Positions 61,843 through 64,000 of a DNA stretch of 64,000 nucleotides are shown one piece after another. The DNA is from a bacterium (GTDB lineage Bacteria; CLD3; SB21), in contig JABWCP010000017.1 of NCBI GenBank assembly GCA_013360215.1, forward strand, positions 1 to 64,000, read 5' to 3'. Every line of letters starts with the position of its first letter. The first letter of the stretch is position 1. The notes under the pieces are model-generated. The model was not told the DNA's origin. It made no database searches and saw only the letters and a program-made list of their open reading frames with translations. A program made the translations under genes and the position numbers.

Positions 61843-63237
61843 TTAATCACATTGGGTGATTTGTGTATCGGGTTCGATGGGTACGGGATATTTCCCGCTA
61901 AAGCAAGCTGTGCAGTAGTTGTGTGGGCCGTTGGGCACACACTCCAACATACCGTCAAGAGAAAGATACTCCAACGAATCGGCGCCGATACTTTTGCAGA
62001 GTGCATCTTTATTCATGGTATTGGCGATTAATTCTTCTTTGGTCGGGAAATCCATGCCATAATAACATGGTGAAGTGACGGGCGGGGAACTGATACGAAT
62101 GTGCACTTCTTTGGCCCCGGCTTTACGTATCATCGTAACCAAAGCTTTGAGCGTAGTGCCGCGCACGATCGAATCGTCAATGACGACAACACGGCGATCA
62201 CGCAGAACGCCTTCTACCGCATTAAACTTTAATCGCACTTTCAGATCGCGCATAGACTGTACGGGATGAATGAAGGTACGGCCTACATAATGGTTGCGGA
62301 TAAGACCGAGTTCAAATTTCAAACCCGTTCGGCGCGAATAGCCTACGGCTGCGGTATTGCTGGAGTCGGGTACACTGATCACGATATCCGCGTCCACACT
62401 GTGTTCCAGAGCGAGGCGTTTCCCGAGTTTGCGACGTGCTTTGTCCACATTATCGCCAAAAATTTTACTGTCTGGGCGAGAAAAATATACAAATTCAAAA
62501 ATACAATGCGCGGGTGTGGGTAGCGGGTCAAAAATCATTCGAGTTTGCATACGGTCACGGTCCACGACGATAAATTCGCCCGGCTTTACGTCACGCACAT
62601 ATTCGGCGCCGATGATATCCAGCGCGCAGGACTCACTTGCTATTACGGTAGCTTGGTCCAATTTACCGATACATAGCGGACGAATACCCCACGGATCACG
62701 TGCAGCAATAAGTTTGTCTTTAGTTATCAGAAGTAGCGAATATGCACCGCGAATCTGATGCAATGCGGCGATAATTTGTTCTTCAACAGTGGCTTTACCG
62801 GAACGGGCAGCAAGATGAAGAATGACTTCGGTGTCGTTGTTTCCTTGAAGGATGGCCCCGTTATTTTGGAGTTCGCGACGAAGGCTTTGATAGTTGGTCA
62901 GGTTTCCGTTATGGGCGGCCGATATCGGCCCGGTGCTGATAATAGCTGTCAAAGGCTGTACGTTTTGCATAAAACTTCCACCGGTCGTTGAATACCGATT
63001 ATGACCGATGGCCGAATGACCGGGTAAACGATCAAAAATTTTATCATCAGCGAATACGTCGCTGACTAATCCCATACCGACATGGCGATAGGTTCGTTCA
63101 CCATCGGCCGATACGATGCCGGTGGACTCTTGTCCGCGATGTTGGAGGGAATACAAGCCAAAATAAGTCAGTCGTGATGCTTCAGGATGACCATAAATGC
63201 CAAACACACCGCATTCTTCTTTGATATCTTCTGACAT
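61843..63237 (-). CDS. purF: Amidophosphoribosyltransferase with propeptide and 4Fe-4S ligands; start ATG 63237
   Basis: MSEDIKEE-CGVFG, LQHRGQES, HCIFEFVYFSRPDS, VIDDSIVRGTT, PCYYG, CTAC. Confidence 0.97.
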   Translation of the reverse strand: MSEDIKEECGVFGIYGHPEASRLTYFGLYSLQHRGQESTGIVSADGERTYRHVGMGLVSDVFADDKIFDRLPGHSAIGHNRYSTTGGSFMQNVQPLTAIISTGPISAAHNGNLTNYQSLRRELQNNGAILQGNNDTEVILHLAARSGKATVEEQIIAALHQIRGAYSLLLITKDKLIAARDPWGIRPLCIGKLDQATVIASESCALDIIGAEYVRDVKPGEFIVVDRDRMQTRMIFDPLPTPAHCIFEFVYFSRPDSKIFGDNVDKARRKLGKRLALEHSVDADIVISVPDSSNTAAVGYSRRTGLKFELGLIRNHYVGRTFIHPVQSMRDLKVRLKFNAVEGVLRDRRVVVIDDSIVRGTTLKALVTMIRKAGAKEVHIRISSPPVTSPCYYGMDFPTKEELIANTMNKDALCKSIGADSLEYLSLDGMLECVPNGPHNYCTACFSGKYPVPIEPDTQITQCD

Positions 63238-63289
63238 AGTGTTACTTAATAGATTTTTGAGAACATACTTAACACAATTCGTGCGGCGC

Positions 63290-63318
63290 AAGATAGAAAA
63301 AAAAAGGCATTCATCCAA
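63290..63318 (-). promoter_or_regulatory. Putative promoter of purF with GC-rich discriminator
   Basis: Minus strand TTGGAT-N17-TATCTT-GCGCCGC. Confidence 0.5.
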
Positions 63319-63425
63319 TGTTTTTTGACGAATGTAACAATCATTATTCATGTAGAGATTTTTATGTAAAGTTTGTATTTTATGTAAAATGGAACATGAA
63401 TATGTTGATATTTCGGAGAATCGGC

Positions 63426-64000
63426 ATGCGTTCACCTAAACGGCTATTTCAGATACTTTCATTGTTATTGATTGCGGCGCTTACGGCGGTAATTTTTTTT
63501 ATTCACCGTATTCATGACAAATCTAAACAGATTAGCGAAAATTGGTTGCCCAGCGTAATGCATGTCGGTAACTTAAACACGCTCACTTCCGATTTTCGGA
63601 TTATGGAGCTACAGCATATTTTGTCTACTTCGGACGAACAGATGCGTACGTATGAATCGGCTATGCAACGCATAGCCGATTTGATTAACTCGGAGATGAA
63701 ACTGTATGAGCCTCTGATTACGACGCCCGTAGAAAAAACACTGTATGAGGATTTCTTGAGTAAGTGGTCTGAGTATATGAAGCATCATCTTGACATGCTT
63801 CAACTTTCCAAACTCAACAAAAACGAAGATGCGAAACTATTAATTCGTGCACGTTCGGAAGTTTTATTCAATGAGTATTCCTCTGCGCTTTCGGCGCTTG
63901 TGCGAGAAAATCGCAGAGCCGCCGACGATGAAGTCAAACGTGCTAACGCGTTATATATTGGGTCGGTTATTAATTTAATTTTGATTTTAGGGTGTGTTGC
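63426..64000 (+). CDS. Membrane sensor with four-helix-bundle (4HB_MCP-type) ligand-binding domain, truncated by window end
   Basis: Not in the ORF track (no stop in window). Translates MRSPKRLFQILSLLLIAALTAVIFFIH...ISENWLPSVMHVGNLNTLTSDFRIMELQHILS..., TM-4HB-TM; GGAG SD. Confidence 0.8.
   Translation, partial: MRSPKRLFQILSLLLIAALTAVIFFIHRIHDKSKQISENWLPSVMHVGNLNTLTSDFRIMELQHILSTSDEQMRTYESAMQRIADLINSEMKLYEPLITTPVEKTLYEDFLSKWSEYMKHHLDMLQLSKLNKNEDAKLLIRARSEVLFNEYSSALSALVRENRRAADDEVKRANALYIGSVINLILILGCV

Noticed and set aside
63238-63435. N-terminal extensions given by the ORF track (purF, also rplA, dcd, mtnA, symporter, pfkA, degP)
   Set aside because: Downstream starts match family N-termini and/or SD sites; the extensions run through promoter or upstream-gene sequence

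Overview
This is a mostly core-chromosome window from a Gram-negative bacterium, probably a non-Bacteroidia member of the FCB superphylum. That placement is an inference from the tuf-tRNA(Trp)-secE order without rpmG, insertions in RpoC and SecA resembling Bacteroidota/Chlorobiota, and regular GGAG Shine-Dalgarno sites. In order, the window holds: the 3' end of tuf, tRNA-Trp, secE-nusG-rplKAJL-rpoBC; an accessory stretch (GH63-like glucosidase, Kelch lipoprotein, secreted unknown, Na+:solute symporter, DUF4349-like lipoprotein, queG, a histone-H1-like/YbjN-like fusion, thioesterase); a contiguous proteostasis cluster dnaK-(sORF)-FmdB-htpX-J protein-degP-lon-ftsH behind a sigma-54-type promoter with repeated upstream boxes; pfkA, a metallophosphoesterase, secA, a GNAT, purC, an EVE protein, an NtrY-like kinase, a VanW protein, mutY, dcd, a pseudokinase/kinase pair, tyrS; a minus-strand block (TPR membrane protein, ubiA-like, crcB, mtnA, TPR protein, purB, degenerate purC paralog, psd, pssA); recJ-gmhB-aminotransferase, tRNA-Pro, an OPT transporter, purF, and the 5' part of a four-helix-bundle sensor. 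I saw no CRISPR array, integrase, transposase or prophage. The strongest leads are the sigma-54/enhancer-type proteostasis cluster, a second PurC lacking its catalytic metal ligands, a His-less pseudokinase coupled to an intact kinase, the lysine-rich-tail/YbjN fusion, and a recurrent TTG-N3-N16..18-TAnnTT promoter motif. All family assignments come from recognising motifs by eye; no searches were run.
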